Assembly: GCF_009914755.1 (NCBI RefSeq)
Contig: NC_060926.1
Length of the DNA stretch: 64,000 nucleotides
Source of the DNA: the human T2T-CHM13v2.0 reference genome, Homo sapiens
Direction: 5' to 3' (one strand)
Shown: positions 29,996-45,972 of the stretch, piece after piece
Position numbering within the stretch: position 1 is the stretch's first letter
How the letters are laid out: each line of letters opens with the position of its first letter
The notes under the pieces: model-generated
Database searches by the model: none
Told to the model about the DNA's origin: nothing
Seen by the model: the letters and a program-made list of their open reading frames with translations, nothing else
Program-made: the position numbers and the translations under genes

Positions 29996-30047
<52 letters not shown>
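29996..30047. repeat. (TG)26 microsatellite ending 42 nt before exon E
   Basis: directly visible. Confidence 0.97.
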
Positions 30048-30050
<3 letters not shown>

Positions 30051-30052
30051 AG

Positions 30053-30292
<240 letters not shown>

Positions 30293-32379
30293 TGAGGCCC
30301 TACCGCCGTCACCTCTCTGACTTCTTTGAGATGGATTTATTTGCCCAAATTTGCTTATTAATAGAAGGATAAAGTGCAGAACAGAACCACACAGTTTCCA
30401 AATGAAACGTTAAGACATTTAGCTCATCAAGTGGGTTTTTGGCATTTTGCTCCTGCTGTTGTCTTTCTTGGCTGCATCTTAAATCATGGAAATGTTTTTT
30501 AGAAGTGAAAAATGCTTCAATACTGGTGATGCTGGCTTCCAGATCTTTCTAATTGGAGATTTATGAGCTAAGCACACTCATCTATGATGAAACCATATTG
30601 TCCCCTCGTGCCCTTGGTCTTCTGCAGGGGGCTGCATGGAGATTTTACAATTTTGTTAAAGGCTCTCTCATTCATCATCATTAGAACTTAAATTCTGATT
30701 CTCAAAATTGTCTTTAGCACATGAATAAGCTATTATTTCTTTTTAAAGTCTCAGATGAAATTTTGAACAGCATCATCAGATGAAAGAATCATGGGGCCTG
30801 AGAAAGTAGTTTACTCGGAGCCTCCAGCTTTCTTGCTGTGGATCATTTTTATTCTTTTGAGAGCCCAACTGGGTAAAATGAGCACAATGACTTATGATTC
30901 CAGTATTTTTGTACCTATTAAAGGAATGAACATATGACTTAAAGGTTTGGGATGAAGAATGTTACCCCAATTTCAGTATTTTATTACTTAGTGCTGAGCT
31001 TTAGATATGCTCAATGACAAACAGGCCAGAAAGAGGGAGAGTGTGAGAGGAACAGACTGATCAATCGATTGAATGGCTACTGCCTCTGGGTTTTGATAGC
31101 TAATATAGAACAATGCAAACTGGACTAAAGCTCACTAGTTCCCACCTCCCTTATTTTGTGTGTTTATGAGTCGCATCAAAATACAATTAGTGTAGTCATT
31201 AATTCTGTTTTTTCCATCTCTACCAAGCACGAAAACCTCATTGATCTAAAAATCAGTGAGAAAAACTAAAACAACTGTTGTTCTCTCCTTGTGTGACATA
31301 AATGGTTATTTGGTTTATACTTCACTTTACTCACTTCTCCTTTTTTGTTTTTGTCTTTCTGTTACTCTTGAATTTTCCCACTTATTCAGACACGTGTGAA
31401 ACTCATACCCATCCAGAAAGAAGTGATTTCAAGGAAGTCCTTCGCTTTTATGTTTCAACAATTGTTAAGTCTCAGAATTGCAAACATCCTTGAGGAGCCC
31501 TGACTGCCAGAATCTTATTCCCTTTAACCATTAATTTGACTAGAATCTTTAATACATTTTTACACTAAGTATTAAAATTTAGGAAGGCTAAAAGTCATAA
31601 TTTCTTGAGAAAGATGAGCATAGTGACTTCAGAGGGATAGTACCATTTACTGAGGAGTGATGGTTTCTTTACTAGTAAAGCAAGGGTTACATTGCTTAAA
31701 ATAGTACAAGGTTGAAACAGCATGAGATCATGCATGATGGATGAGGTATTGAGAACATACTCAGCTTGAGGCTGCACAGTACAGGCTGCCTAAGGGACCG
31801 GTAAGCTATTTACTGTGCAGCTCAGCATGGAAGGGATGTGCCCCATCCCTTCTGATGGCAGAATGCTTTGAGAGAAACCGTGCTGCATGTGACTTATTCT
31901 TGTCTGTCTGTTGCAGAGCTCTAGGTTCTCAGTCTCCCAGACACTAGTTTGTGTTATCAGAAGACTATATTTTAAAAAGTACTAATTGATGGAAGTCAGA
32001 TACCACAATTGCACCCAACATGTAAAGCCTTATTTCTATCTTCAGATGTTTCATTCAGGCTCACTCAGTTTGGGGTGCCTGGATTTAGGTGTTGTGGGGA
32101 TGGGAATGTTTGCTGAAAGCTTTGTTTGAGCTGCAATTGCCCCTCGTTTGCCACTTCTCCAGCAGTGACTGTGCTTACTGGCCAGGAGTCCTGTGAGGTG
32201 TCCACCCCCACAAAAGTGGACCCATCACTTGGGCGCCCAGGGAAGCTTGTGAGGAGCAACAGAGGGGGATATCATTTGCTCTTCTTCATCTTGGACACAT
32301 TTTCTTCCTAGGAAGGCCAACAAATGTAACATATATTTCAATCTGTGTGTGCTGAAATAACTATTACTGGAAGCACTTT

Positions 32380-32876
<497 letters not shown>

Positions 32877-32964
32877 TAACATGTATGTGTGATGAACAAC
32901 CCTTGGTATACATAAAGGACCACTTAATTTCCAAAGTGAAAGTAATATTTTGTATGAAGTAGTA

Positions 32965-33250
32965 TTTTTTTTTTTTTTGGAGACAGGTCCTTGCACTGAC
33001 ACCCAGGCTGGAGTGCGGTGGCAGGATCAGCCTTGAACTCCTGGGCTTAAGTGATCCTCCTGCCTGTGCCCCCCAAGTAGCTGGGGCTACAGGCACACAC
33101 TACCACATCCAGCTAATTTTTGTATTTTTTGTAGAGTCTGTGTCTCATTATATTGCCCAGGCTATTCTCGAACTCCTGGGCTCAAGTGTTCCTCCTGCCA
33201 TGGCCTCCCAAAGTGCTGGGATGACAGGCGTTGAGCCATCATGCCCAGCC
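32965..33250 (-). mobile_element. AluJ with small internal deletion
   Basis: 'ggtggcaggatc|agccttgaactcctgggct' lacks the usual 'atggctcactgc'. Confidence 0.9.
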
Positions 33251-33360
33251 TTAAATTTTTTTTTTGTTCTGTGAATCTCAAAATCTTTGGAAATGTTACC
33301 TCATTTGATAATTCTTGCTGGTTTCCTTCAAATCATGAAAATGACCCAAAGATGCACTAA

Positions 33361-33789
<429 letters not shown>

Positions 33790-34104
33790 TAGATCTACGA
33801 TCCCCTATCTGTAATTCTGAAGTCCTAACACTCTGAAAATACAAAATTATTTGATAATTTGGCAGCACAGTCTAACCCAACAAACTGATGTGAGGCTGTT
33901 TATAATCTAGTAATCTCTTAGTAGAAATAATCATGTGTCATGTGACTTGCTGCAAAATTATTGTGTTTAATACAGATTGCTGCCCCAGCCCCCACTGGGG
34001 ATGTTACATGATACATTGTGTATGAACCTTTCTAAAATCTAATGAATAATGAATTCCCAAGCACATCTAATTCCAAGGGTTTTGGATAAAAGATTGTGGG
34101 CTTT
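33790..34104 (+). mobile_element. MER46C-like (Tigger) element
   Basis: 'atcccctatctgtaattctga' ... 'tgctgccccagcccccactgggg' ... 'ccaagggttttggataaaagattgtggg'; degenerate TIRs. Confidence 0.75.
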
Positions 34105-34564
34105 GTAGTAAGCCAAGAAAAGAGGAAGAAAGAATAAAGCAGCACCCAACAGCACCAGATGTTTAGAGGTGAGCTTTAGTAAAAGATTTCTTCTACCCAT
34201 AATTGATACTAAAATGGAATATTTCCTATTTACTGACATCCTATATACTTTTTACTGAAAAAAATTATGACCCACTCTTGTAATTCCTCTGAATGCATCT
34301 GTCGTTCTCTCGACTCACATGTTTTGTAATTATAGAAAATAAATGCAGCTATAAAGTAAATATTTCCCGCTTTGCACAGAGAATTCTCCATAGCTTTGAT
34401 TGGAGAATGGTCTTAGCACAGTTTATTACACTACATTCTCACTACCAACCACACATAACTCATTACTGAACTAGTGGGCAACATTTTCTTTCTCTGCTTA
34501 GTGACGTGTGAAAAGATGGCTGAGTACCAGATTTCTTTTTCGATGGACTTCTCAAGCTTCCACA

Positions 34565-34566
<2 letters not shown>

Positions 34567-34607
<41 letters not shown>
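34567..34607. repeat. (AC)20 microsatellite
   Basis: directly visible. Confidence 0.97.
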
Positions 34608-34609
<2 letters not shown>

Positions 34610-35184
34610 AATTTCCAGACACCTATTTTATGACATTCTAGTACACCATAATGCTATTAATAAATGATAGCAGGTATGAGCGACTGTTATGTAGAACGAT
34701 TATTTGCTATTCTTTATGTATTCAGTTTATTTGGAGTTGATGAAGCCATCTTTACTGGCTCAGGGGACCTGCTAGTTGTCATAATCCTGTCTCACAATTG
34801 TAGGGAAAAAACAACCCCAGTGAGCTTTCCAGTGTGAGCAGAAATTCTTAAAAGAATCTGGTCAGAAACAAAACAAAATATTCCAGTGACTCACTGTATT
34901 CATGACAGTGAAATGTTGAATGATTACATCACAATTTAACATTTAAAAAGGTAATTTTCTTCAGCTGCTTTTTTGACTTGCTCTTTTTGCGACAATAGGT
35001 ATCAAGCTTAACAGTCACTCGTTTCTTAAAGTATAAAAAAGATGATTTATTTATGTTAATCTTGATACAGTCTCCCTTTCTCCATGGCGTATTTTTAAAA
35101 CAATTTGACAAACCCCAACTTTTGAAACAAAAATTTTAGGGAAAAATAATATATAGTTAAACATGAAAGCAAATGTGCATTTCT

Positions 35185-35468
35185 TTTTAAAATTTTAAAA
35201 ATCGATACATAATAGATACACATATTTTCAGGGTACATGTAATTGAATACATTCATATAATTCGTGAAGATCAAATCAGTGTAATTGGGCTATCCATCAC
35301 CTTAAATATTTTTTCTTTATGCTAGAGACATTTGAATTATTTTCTCCCATTTGGAAATACCTGATAGATTATTATAACCTATAGTTACTCCACTGATCTA
35401 TCAAACGCTGGATCTTATTTCTTCTATCACACTGCAGTTTGTGCCCATTAATCTACTTCTCTTCATCA
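35185..35468 (-). mobile_element. L1MA-like 3' end
   Basis: 'gatacataatagatacacatatttt.agggtacatgt', 'gatcaaatcag.gtaattggg.tatccatcacc'. Confidence 0.8.
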
Positions 35469-35557
35469 CAAATATGCACTTAATTAAATTTTTTGTTTTT
35501 ACTTTGGAAGCCCAAAATATCATTTAAACAGTTTGTTATTCTCCTAAAATGCCATAA

Positions 35558-35843
<286 letters not shown>

Positions 35844-35853
35844 AATGCCATAA

Positions 35854-36318
<465 letters not shown>

Positions 36319-36539
36319 TGAACCAGGTGAAGGAAATACAGGACAAGTGTCATGGCTCTTTTAGAATTTGTACAGCAGGTTTTCTGGTTTTTGCCGGAAA
36401 GCACCCCCACCTCAGGGCAAGGAATGTTTTCTGTCGCAAGATCCTAAATAACAGACATTCAAAGGAAAGGTATGAGTTGGAACATGTTAAACTAAAAATT
36501 GCTGCACAACAAGGGAGATCGTGAATGAAATGTAAAGAC

Positions 36540-37180
36540 AAGGCATAGACTAGGCATAAATTCTTGCCATTGTTATAATGGACAAAAGATATATATCTAG
36601 AATATATAAAGAATGCCTAAGGATAAGAGCAAGGAAAAAAAAAACATTAGAAAAATGGGCAAATCTCACATGACCAATAAAAGACTAGGAATCAGGGAAA
36701 TGATCATTAAAACAACAGTAAAGTACCATTTTACACTATTTAGACTGGCAAAAGTCTGATGGCGAGAAGAGGGGAAATGGAAACCACATATACTGCTGGT
36801 GAGAACATGCACTAAGGCATGTGCGCACAAGGATGTTTGTGACACAATGCCTAAATGTTTATCAGCATGAGGAGAGTTGAGTTAAATGTGGTGTAGTCAT
36901 ATAATGGAATACTTTAAAGAACTTGAATAAATTAAACTAGAGCTACTTGCATCAGTAGGGATACATCTCAAAAATATGCTGAGCAAACAAAAGAAAGTTG
37001 TGGAATGATATATACAGTGTATGGTCATTTATATAAACTTTTAGCACATGAAAAAATTCTGTATTATTTATGACCATATACACATGTAGTAAATGTTTTA
37101 ACAATGCATGGGAGTGTTACCTCATTCAGGATGTTGGTTACCGCTGAGAAGCAGAGATGATCTTGGAAAGAATAACCCAA
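36540..37180 (+). mobile_element. Old L1 (L1M-type) 3' fragments
   Basis: 'aaaaatgggcaaa', 'taccattttacac..ttagactggcaaaa', 'tactgctggtgagaa', 'ataatggaatact'; approximate. Confidence 0.65.
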
Positions 37181-37183
37181 TGA

Positions 37184-37516
<333 letters not shown>

Positions 37517-39688
37517 TTAACTCTGAAACATTTTCTTTAAAATTCTGTGATAAAGACATAATGTTAGGATTTGTTGAAACTGTGGTGCAACACTTGTACA
37601 CTATAGTAGTCTGTATAATTTTCTGTATGCTCGAAGTATTTCATAGTTTTTTAAAGTAGAGAAAATCTGAAACAATTGTAGAACCAACTTTCAGGTATTT
37701 GGATGTTCATGACCTGTTTAGTTCATTATCCAAGTCTTTTGCTTTATCTGTTATTTCTTCTTTATTCCTGATCTTTGCCCATTTCATTGTTCATTAATGT
37801 GTACCTAAAAAGTTGACTAAATGGTGATAATGCAAAATAGTCATAATGCTTCTGTCAGTGCCTTGCACACACAATTCTGCAGCAGGGTTAGAAATGAATG
37901 AAAATGAACTGGAGGTATCATCCGTGGGTTTCAGCTTGTTGGGCAATAATACTCCCATCGTAACACAGATATCCAGGGATAGTCGGCTACATTATCATTA
38001 GGAAAACTGGTTCCTGCCAGAATAGAAAAGAATAGTCTATTGAAATTTTAGAAAAAATGGCCCTGGGAGTATTAGAAACTCTGAGATCAGCTTAGAACTC
38101 CAACACAACATTTCAAGATTTAAGTCTTCAAAGATTTGAGGATCATAGTCCTTATTTACTTGGATTGTTTTAGTCCCAGATCTTTGTTCTTCATAATTGG
38201 AATCTCTTACTGGTTATTTGGTGAAATGTGCCCATTGGGATTTTTTAAATGCTATTTTTGTGACCCCACCATAACTTTTATAAGAGATTCATCTGACTTA
38301 CATAATATTCATTTATTAACATTTAGTTTGTATGATGCTAAAATAAATGTCACAAATAAGACTCTGCCTTATCGAATTCTTCAGTGTACCATTGCAGAAA
38401 TATGTATTTCTTTGTTTTCTTTGCTTGACGTTACTTCATATATTTTTTCTATGTGAAAAAATATTAAACACATGTTTATCATTTGCAATAATAAAATACC
38501 ATCCTGTTCAGGGGTGGCATCATAATTTACTTCATCACTGTCTTATTATTGGGTATTTGAGCTTATTTCTAGTATCTTTGTTGGTCCAGCTGTTGGAATT
38601 CCAAATGCCCCTGTACTGGTGGAATTTTCTCTCCTGAGTTACTTCCTAGGACTGTATTCTCCAAGGCAAGAACACTAGGTGAAAGACTGTGTTCCAACTA
38701 CAGACGTTTTTATTTTGTTGTCTCTTTAATGAAGTTTTACGTAATGCTGTTACAGTCTAGAATTTTAAGGTGCCAATTTGATAATGCACCAGTATTATAT
38801 AAGGGCATTTATTCTCACCAGTTCTTTATTTTGAAAATACTTATTCTGAGAGAGAAGTTAGGTAATATGCTTAAATGTCTTGATTTTGAATTTTAAAATT
38901 GTGTGTGGTTAAACACTTTCCCAAATGTATGTATGTTTGCTTCTTTGTGTGCTCTCTGGGGAACATCCCTGACCTGCTGTGGTGGGAACTGGGTAGTGGG
39001 CCATCCCCATTTGGGAATATACACAGCACAACGGTCGGGATTATTTTCCCGCGTGAATTACATTTTATTTCATCATAATCTTGTAGATTTTCAGTGCCTA
39101 GTACTTATAAATTTAAATAATATTCACTAATTTTTTTTCATTAATCTACTGAGCCTGAATTTTAAAGACATCACTTCTGAGCATCCTTAAATTATGAAAA
39201 ATAGAAGTTCAGGATGAACTTAGCCAAAGTTTTTAAAACCTGGCAAAGCGTTGGTGACTAAACATGATGATACATGATAAAAGTCATTTCATTAATAATA
39301 CAAAGCATAATACCATCTGTATCAAGGTAATTAAGTAATTGTTAGTAGCTTGAGACATTACATTTAGTATGATAATTTTCTTAAGTTTTTTGATACATTC
39401 ATGTGTTTATTGGGTACATGTGAAATTCTGTGACATTCATAGAATGTGTAGTGATCAAGTCAGGATATTTAGGGATGCATCACCTGAATATTTCATCATT
39501 TTCTTTTTATGTCTGAGTTTTGAGTGTGGGCTTTCTTTAAGTCACGCAAAAAAAGAAAAAATCGCAAATGGGATAAAGAGATTAAAATATGTAGTTTTCT
39601 GTATTTACAAAAGTTTTCTTACAGTTTCAGATCTTTATAAAAAATAAATTAGAATAAACTTTTTATTTAAATGTAATGTTAATATTGA

Positions 39689-39952
<264 letters not shown>

Positions 39953-41159
39953 TAAACTGTATACAGTACAATTAAGGCTGATCTTCCTGCTGTCTATTCC
40001 AATGCACTGTTTATTTTATCTTGTATATTCTTATTTACTTTTCAACAATTTTAAATAGAATGTGTTGATGTCTTCTACTTTTGACATCTTAAGATATGTG
40101 GTTTTGCAAATTTAAGAAAGAATTTGCTAATAGAGTTATTACCATATTGTGATTTGTAAGCCTTGTTTCACATTTCGAACAAGTCATATTTATGTAAATA
40201 TTCATAGTTTATATATAGTCCGTTAAAATGTTGTAACTAAAATTCTTTTATGATTCAGAGCTATTGTGCTTATACATGGAAAAGCAAAGGAAATCCTTTC
40301 AGACATAATTAAAATCTGATCATGGTTGTGGTGATAATAGTTTATGGACCTCTCGTCATAGCAGTAATTTTGCAAACTAGATTTACATAACTGGTGAAAT
40401 TTTTGAGAGAAGTTTGATTCAAAGCAACCCTCTTTGCCCTCATGTTTTGTTGTTTTGTTTTGTTAAAATTGTTTGACTTCAGTTATGTGGCACACTCAAG
40501 CGTTGTAGAAGGTGATGAATTAACCATGTAATGACCTCTTCTTCCTTTGCAAGTTTAGGCAAAGCCCATATTCAGGCTCTTCTGAGACTCCTCAACTGTG
40601 CCTGAAAATCCGATCTTAGAAAAGTAATCAACAGGGACATGCTACTGCCTGAAAACTCTTTCACTTGAACAATTTTTAGACTAAGCAAGGAAAGGGATTG
40701 AAAAATGCAATCAGAAAGTCATTTTCAGCTAACTGGCAGTTTTGAAGCAGTGACAGTTATGGTACAAATGGAACATAAAATACATAACAAGACACCATCA
40801 CTGAAACATCACAAAATGACCATCCGTTTAAAATGTGCAAGGCACAGAATTATCTCAACATGCCCAATTCATACTCTTCTTTTTCCCCACAAGAGCCCTT
40901 TGAGTAATAGGGCATATCTTGTTAGATTGAGTAGTATACTTGCAGGGGGTAAGTTAGGCCTCCAAGAAAGTACCTGGGAATTCAGAATTGAGAAGAAACA
41001 ACATTGGGGTCAGTGGCAACACTACTGGTCTCTAGTGTCAGAACTTGGGAATAAACATAACTCGATGCTAATTGATATCCTATACATCCCAAGTCTTTTA
41101 AGGTGTGCTTGGGTCTGGAAAATAGCAATGGAAATGTGGATCTATTAGAAAAGAAAGCA

Positions 41160-41591
41160 TGTGTTAGTCTATTCTTACATTGCTGTAAAGAAGTACCTGA
41201 GACTTGGTAATTTATAAAGAATAGAGGTTTAATTGGCTCACGGTTTTGTAGGCTACACAGGAAGTATGATGCTAGCATTTGCTTGGCGTCTGGGCGAGGG
41301 GTGCTCAGGAAACTTACAATCATGGCAGAAGGTGAGGGGGAGAAGGTACGTCACAAAGCCAGAGCAGGAGCAAGACAGAGCTAGAGCAGGGTTCCTACAC
41401 TTGTGAGCAAGCAGATCTCATGAAAATTTGTTCACTTTTAGGACAGCATCAAGAGGATGATGCTAACCTATTCATGAGAAATTCACCCCCATAATCCAGT
41501 TACCTTCTACCATGCCCCCCCCCGCCCTCTAATTCTGGAGATTACAATTCAACATGAGGTTTGAGCAGGGACACATGTCCAAACTATATTA
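41160..41591 (-). mobile_element. MaLR solo LTR (MSTA/MSTB-like)
   Basis: 'tgtgttagtc..ttct.acattgctgtaaagaa.tacctgagact.ggtaatttataaag', 'ggaaacttacaatcatggcagaagg', 'gattacaattcaacatgag'. Confidence 0.88.
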
Positions 41592-42659
41592 CAGAGGGTG
41601 AGTAGTGCTGTCAAAATGAGTCACCGTTACATAAAAAACAGCTCTTTGGATAATGGCACACAGAGGGCATCTGCATGAATGAGGAGAGATGGACAGCCAG
41701 ATGACAGTATGGTGAGAAGTAGCAAAACCCACCTCAGCAACCCACAGACATATCCATGTCCTCATAGCAAATGGACTTGTGTTCTACTTTTCATGACACA
41801 TGGCTTATAAATCTTGTAATGTGCCTCTGAGACATTCAGGCTTTTGTGTCCTTTTTGTGCCAAAACTACTGGTGGGGAAGTGAATAAAAGAGTGGGAATT
41901 GTTGATGGGAATACTAGCAGTTGGTGGAATGTGTCTGTCTGTAATTTAGGTGACAAGGTACAAGTATTCCCTGTACATTTTGAACCTGTAAACAGCCAGA
42001 TATGGGCAGGTGCTGATGACCATGAGCAGTTGTGGGAAATGAGCAAACATTATTGTTTTCCATTGTGATTTTTAAAAACTCACAACCAAGTTAATTTGAC
42101 ATGTTTGCAATTATATGTGTATAACAATCAGTTGCACAGTAATTAGACGTAAGTGTTCTGCAGTTAATGAAAATGACTGCTACTGTACTATGTTTACGTA
42201 GCCAAACCAATTTGTTTTTCTCATTTTGACAGTTTTCACATCTTAAAATAATTAGGATCAATACTGACAGCTTTCCCTGATACCACTTAGACTATATCCT
42301 GTTTGACCATCGCCACACAGACACTGAAACGAGGTAAAATCCAAGGCCTTGCTCAATGACAATTTTCCATGTCCTAATAGCCTTGGTACGCACCCCTACT
42401 CCAATGGGAGACTCAGAGGCTCTCCATGTTCCACCTGGTGCACCCGTTCCATTCCTCCTTTGCATTACACCTCAGCAACCCACAAAAGTATCCATGTCCT
42501 GATAGCAAATGGACTTGTGTTGTACATTTTATGACACATGGCCTATGGACAGCTTGAACAGCCACCTCCCATGATGAGTGTCCTGAATGTTAAGACTTGA
42601 GTTGCAGAAATCTTGGATCTTAGATCTTGGAGGGGCTGGTGCTGGCCTTCCATATGTCA

Positions 42660-43940
42660 TGGATAAGCTTGATGCAGTGCAGAAGCAGGAAGGCCAGTGT
42701 GGCTAGAACTTAGTGCATGAGGGGAAGAGTTGCGTACCGTGACATTGGAGAGGGTGACAGGGCTGTGTCGTAAAGGGCCCCCTGGCCACTACTAGAAACC
42801 AGAGTCGTCTTCTAAGTGCAATGAAAAACTATGGATGGTTTTACATGGAGTGATGTGACCAATCCAAGCTTTTAAGACTGTTTTGATATTTTGTGGAATG
42901 GTTAGGAAAAGGGAGGTTTCAAGTAGAGAAGTTATTGCAGGAGTCCAGGTAAGAGATGGTGTGGCTTGGACAAAGATACTAGGAAGAGATACAGAAAGGT
43001 TGGTCGGGCTTAGGAAACAGTTTCAAGGCAGAGCTGAGGGTCTTACAGATGGACTGGATATGAAAATAGAGGAAAAGAAAGTAATCAAGGATGACTTCTA
43101 AGTTTGGGACTTGAGCAGTGGGTTGAATAGTGGCAGCATTTACAGAGCTGGGAAAATGAGAAAAAAGATATTTGTCTCTGGGAGTGCACATAAGGGGAAG
43201 AGGAATGTCTCGGTCTGTTTTCCTTGTTGTAAGTTAGGGGCCCGTACTGGGCATCCGGGTGGACGTGGCACAGAGCTGTCAGTGCTCCAGGGAGATGTCA
43301 GGGCTGGAGATGTGCACTTGGCAGTCACGTTGACAGCACTTTAAAGCCATGGGGGAGGAGGTTGATAGAGAAGACATGAGGGCTGAGGCCTGAGCCCTCC
43401 TGTGGTGCAGAGGACAAAGGGAGGTCTGGTGGAGTCATTCAGTGTCCCAGGGAAAGCCTTATGAGAGACAGGTGTGGCCTTCATTTATTCAAGAAGTGTT
43501 CGTTAAATGCTGTCCTACGGGATGGAGATAGGCCAGTGATGAAAACAAGCACAAATCCCTGCCCTCATGGAGCTTTTGTTCTACTGAAGGTCCACAGTTA
43601 ATATACAAGAAAATATAAACATCTGATTGTGAGAAGTGCTGTGAAGAAAAATAAAGCAAACAGTGGGAGCAGAGAATGCTGGAATTGGGCAGTGCAGTGT
43701 TCTAAATGAGTTGGTCAAAGAGGGGCTTGCTGTTGTGGTTTCATTTGACTTAGAACCTGAAGGAGAATGAAGGATCCAGCTGTTCAGATATCTAGGGAGA
43801 GAGCACTTCAGACAGAGGAAACAGCAAAGGCCTAGAAGCAGAGAAAATGCCTAGCATGTTTAGGGAATAGCAAAGAGACCAATGTACCCAGAGCAGAGTG
43901 AGTGAGCGGGGAGAGAGGGCAGAAAGAAAAGATGAGAGAG
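42660..43940 (-). mobile_element. L2 fragments (two segments)
   Basis: 'aaggccagtgtggctaga', 'aatcaaggatgact', 'atccctgccctcatggagctt..gttcta', 'aagtgctgtgaagaaaaataaagca'. Confidence 0.7.
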
Positions 43941-44003
43941 ATAAGGCCTAAGTATTAATGACATTAATGCTTTTGCAGGTTCTAGTTCCAGCTTACAAAG
44001 GCT

Positions 44004-44430
44004 ATATTAATTATCTATTGCTGCATAACAAATTATTCTCCAAACTTAAAAGTGTAAATGCACAAACATTTATTATATCATGGTTTCTGGGAGTCAAGGA
44101 GTCCCAAGAAGCTTAGCTGGGTGATTCTAGTTCAGGGTCTCTCATGAGGTTGCAGTCATGTGAAGGCTAGACTGAGGCCAGAGGATTCACTTCTTCCAAG
44201 ATGGCTCACTCATGTGGCTCTTGGCAGGAGGCCTCAGTTCCTGCTGTGTGAGCCTCTCCATAGATTGCTCCAGTGTGCTTATGACGTGGCATATAGAGAT
44301 CCAAGAAAGACAGCAAGGCAGAATCTGCAGTACCTTTTATAACCTCCTCTTAGATGTCAGCTTCACTTTTGCCATATTCTGTTCATTTTGTATCAGAGAA
44401 TTTGTGGACATATTTTTAAACCTCTGCAAA
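44004..44430 (-). mobile_element. MLT1-family MaLR LTR fragment
   Basis: 'ttatctattgctgcataacaaatt', 'gcttagctgggtg', 'cagggtctctcatgaggttgcagtca', 'ttccaagatggctcactca'. Confidence 0.82.
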
Positions 44431-45560
44431 GAGATAGGCTAATTGATCTGTGAGGAAGGTATAAAGGTCAAGGAAGCAAAGAAGAGGCCAACACTTTAAG
44501 ATCTAAAGAGAGTTGGGAAGAGCATACCCTGCTCCCCAATTACTCAATCATGAGCCAGCATTTCCAGCTGACCTTAGTTGGAGCCAGTTTGACTTTATTA
44601 CGAAACTGATTTAGGTAACTCTTTGAAGTAGGCAAGTTTGCTTTTGAGACCCAATGCTTCCTTTCCCTTCTGCAGCAGAATTCCCCTAATTTTTCTCAGA
44701 GCCCCTGATATAATGAGGCTTATCTGGTCAGAGCATGCTCTCAAAAAATGTATGAGCATGACATGTAGCAGTAATTTTCACCTTCTTACAAATCATTGCC
44801 TCTCCAGTGGACATTTGAAATTTAAACATGTGATAGTTGAACAGATGGCCTCCCCCAACCCTAATAAAAGGGATTTCATTTAGAGAAACTGTGAGAAATA
44901 GAAATGTTTTTGAAGAGAGGTTGGGGTATTTGACCTCCTGAAATCTACCATGGACTTTGGGGTTCTAGGCCTCCATGTAAGATGGACCCTGCTTATTACT
45001 CGAGTGCCTTGATGCCGCTGTGTACTGAGCATATGCTGATATGCTGAAGGCTTTACTACTGTAGTTCAACCACAAATATCACTTCAAGTAGCTTTTTCTA
45101 CTGCACTCACTACCTGGGGTTAGTGTTCACTGAGTAAAGCAACCAGTTTAAGGAGGAAAAAATGATTCTCCAAACTCTATGTCTACGTGACTCCAAACAA
45201 TAATTTTATTTCCATAGAATTATTTTCTGTTTCCCTGTTAAACAGGATTGCCTGTCTTATCTTTCATTTAAATAAGAATGTGTAAGATGTTCATTCTCTG
45301 TCATTTATTTTCAGAATCAGTGAAGCAGTAGGCATTATTTGGAACAGGTTCAGATGTGTCTTTAGCCACAGGGCTTAAATTTTACGACCTATTTTTAGCT
45401 TACTGCATATTGGAATAATTGAGATATATTTTGAAGCATTTGGTTATTTGTTACAATATGTAAGACGGAACATCGTTTTCAGATATATTTAAAGATTTTA
45501 CTCTTCAACATGAACAGAAGGGGGGTTGTTTTAAACTAATGAACTCTTCTTTTTTCATAA

Positions 45561-45833
<273 letters not shown>

Positions 45834-45972
45834 TAGGTAAAGGATTTAAGCAATTTTGGAAAATTGATTCCTGTAATCTTAAAATTTTAAGATAAGAAGA
45901 AACTTTAAAGATTAACATGGGTCAGTTGGATAATTTTCTTCAAAGGAAGTTGCTATACCAAATGCAAGTTGA

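Noticed and set aside
40705-41148. Longest ORF in the track (147 aa, +)
   Set aside because: No recognisable domain or splice support; compatible with chance in 64 kb
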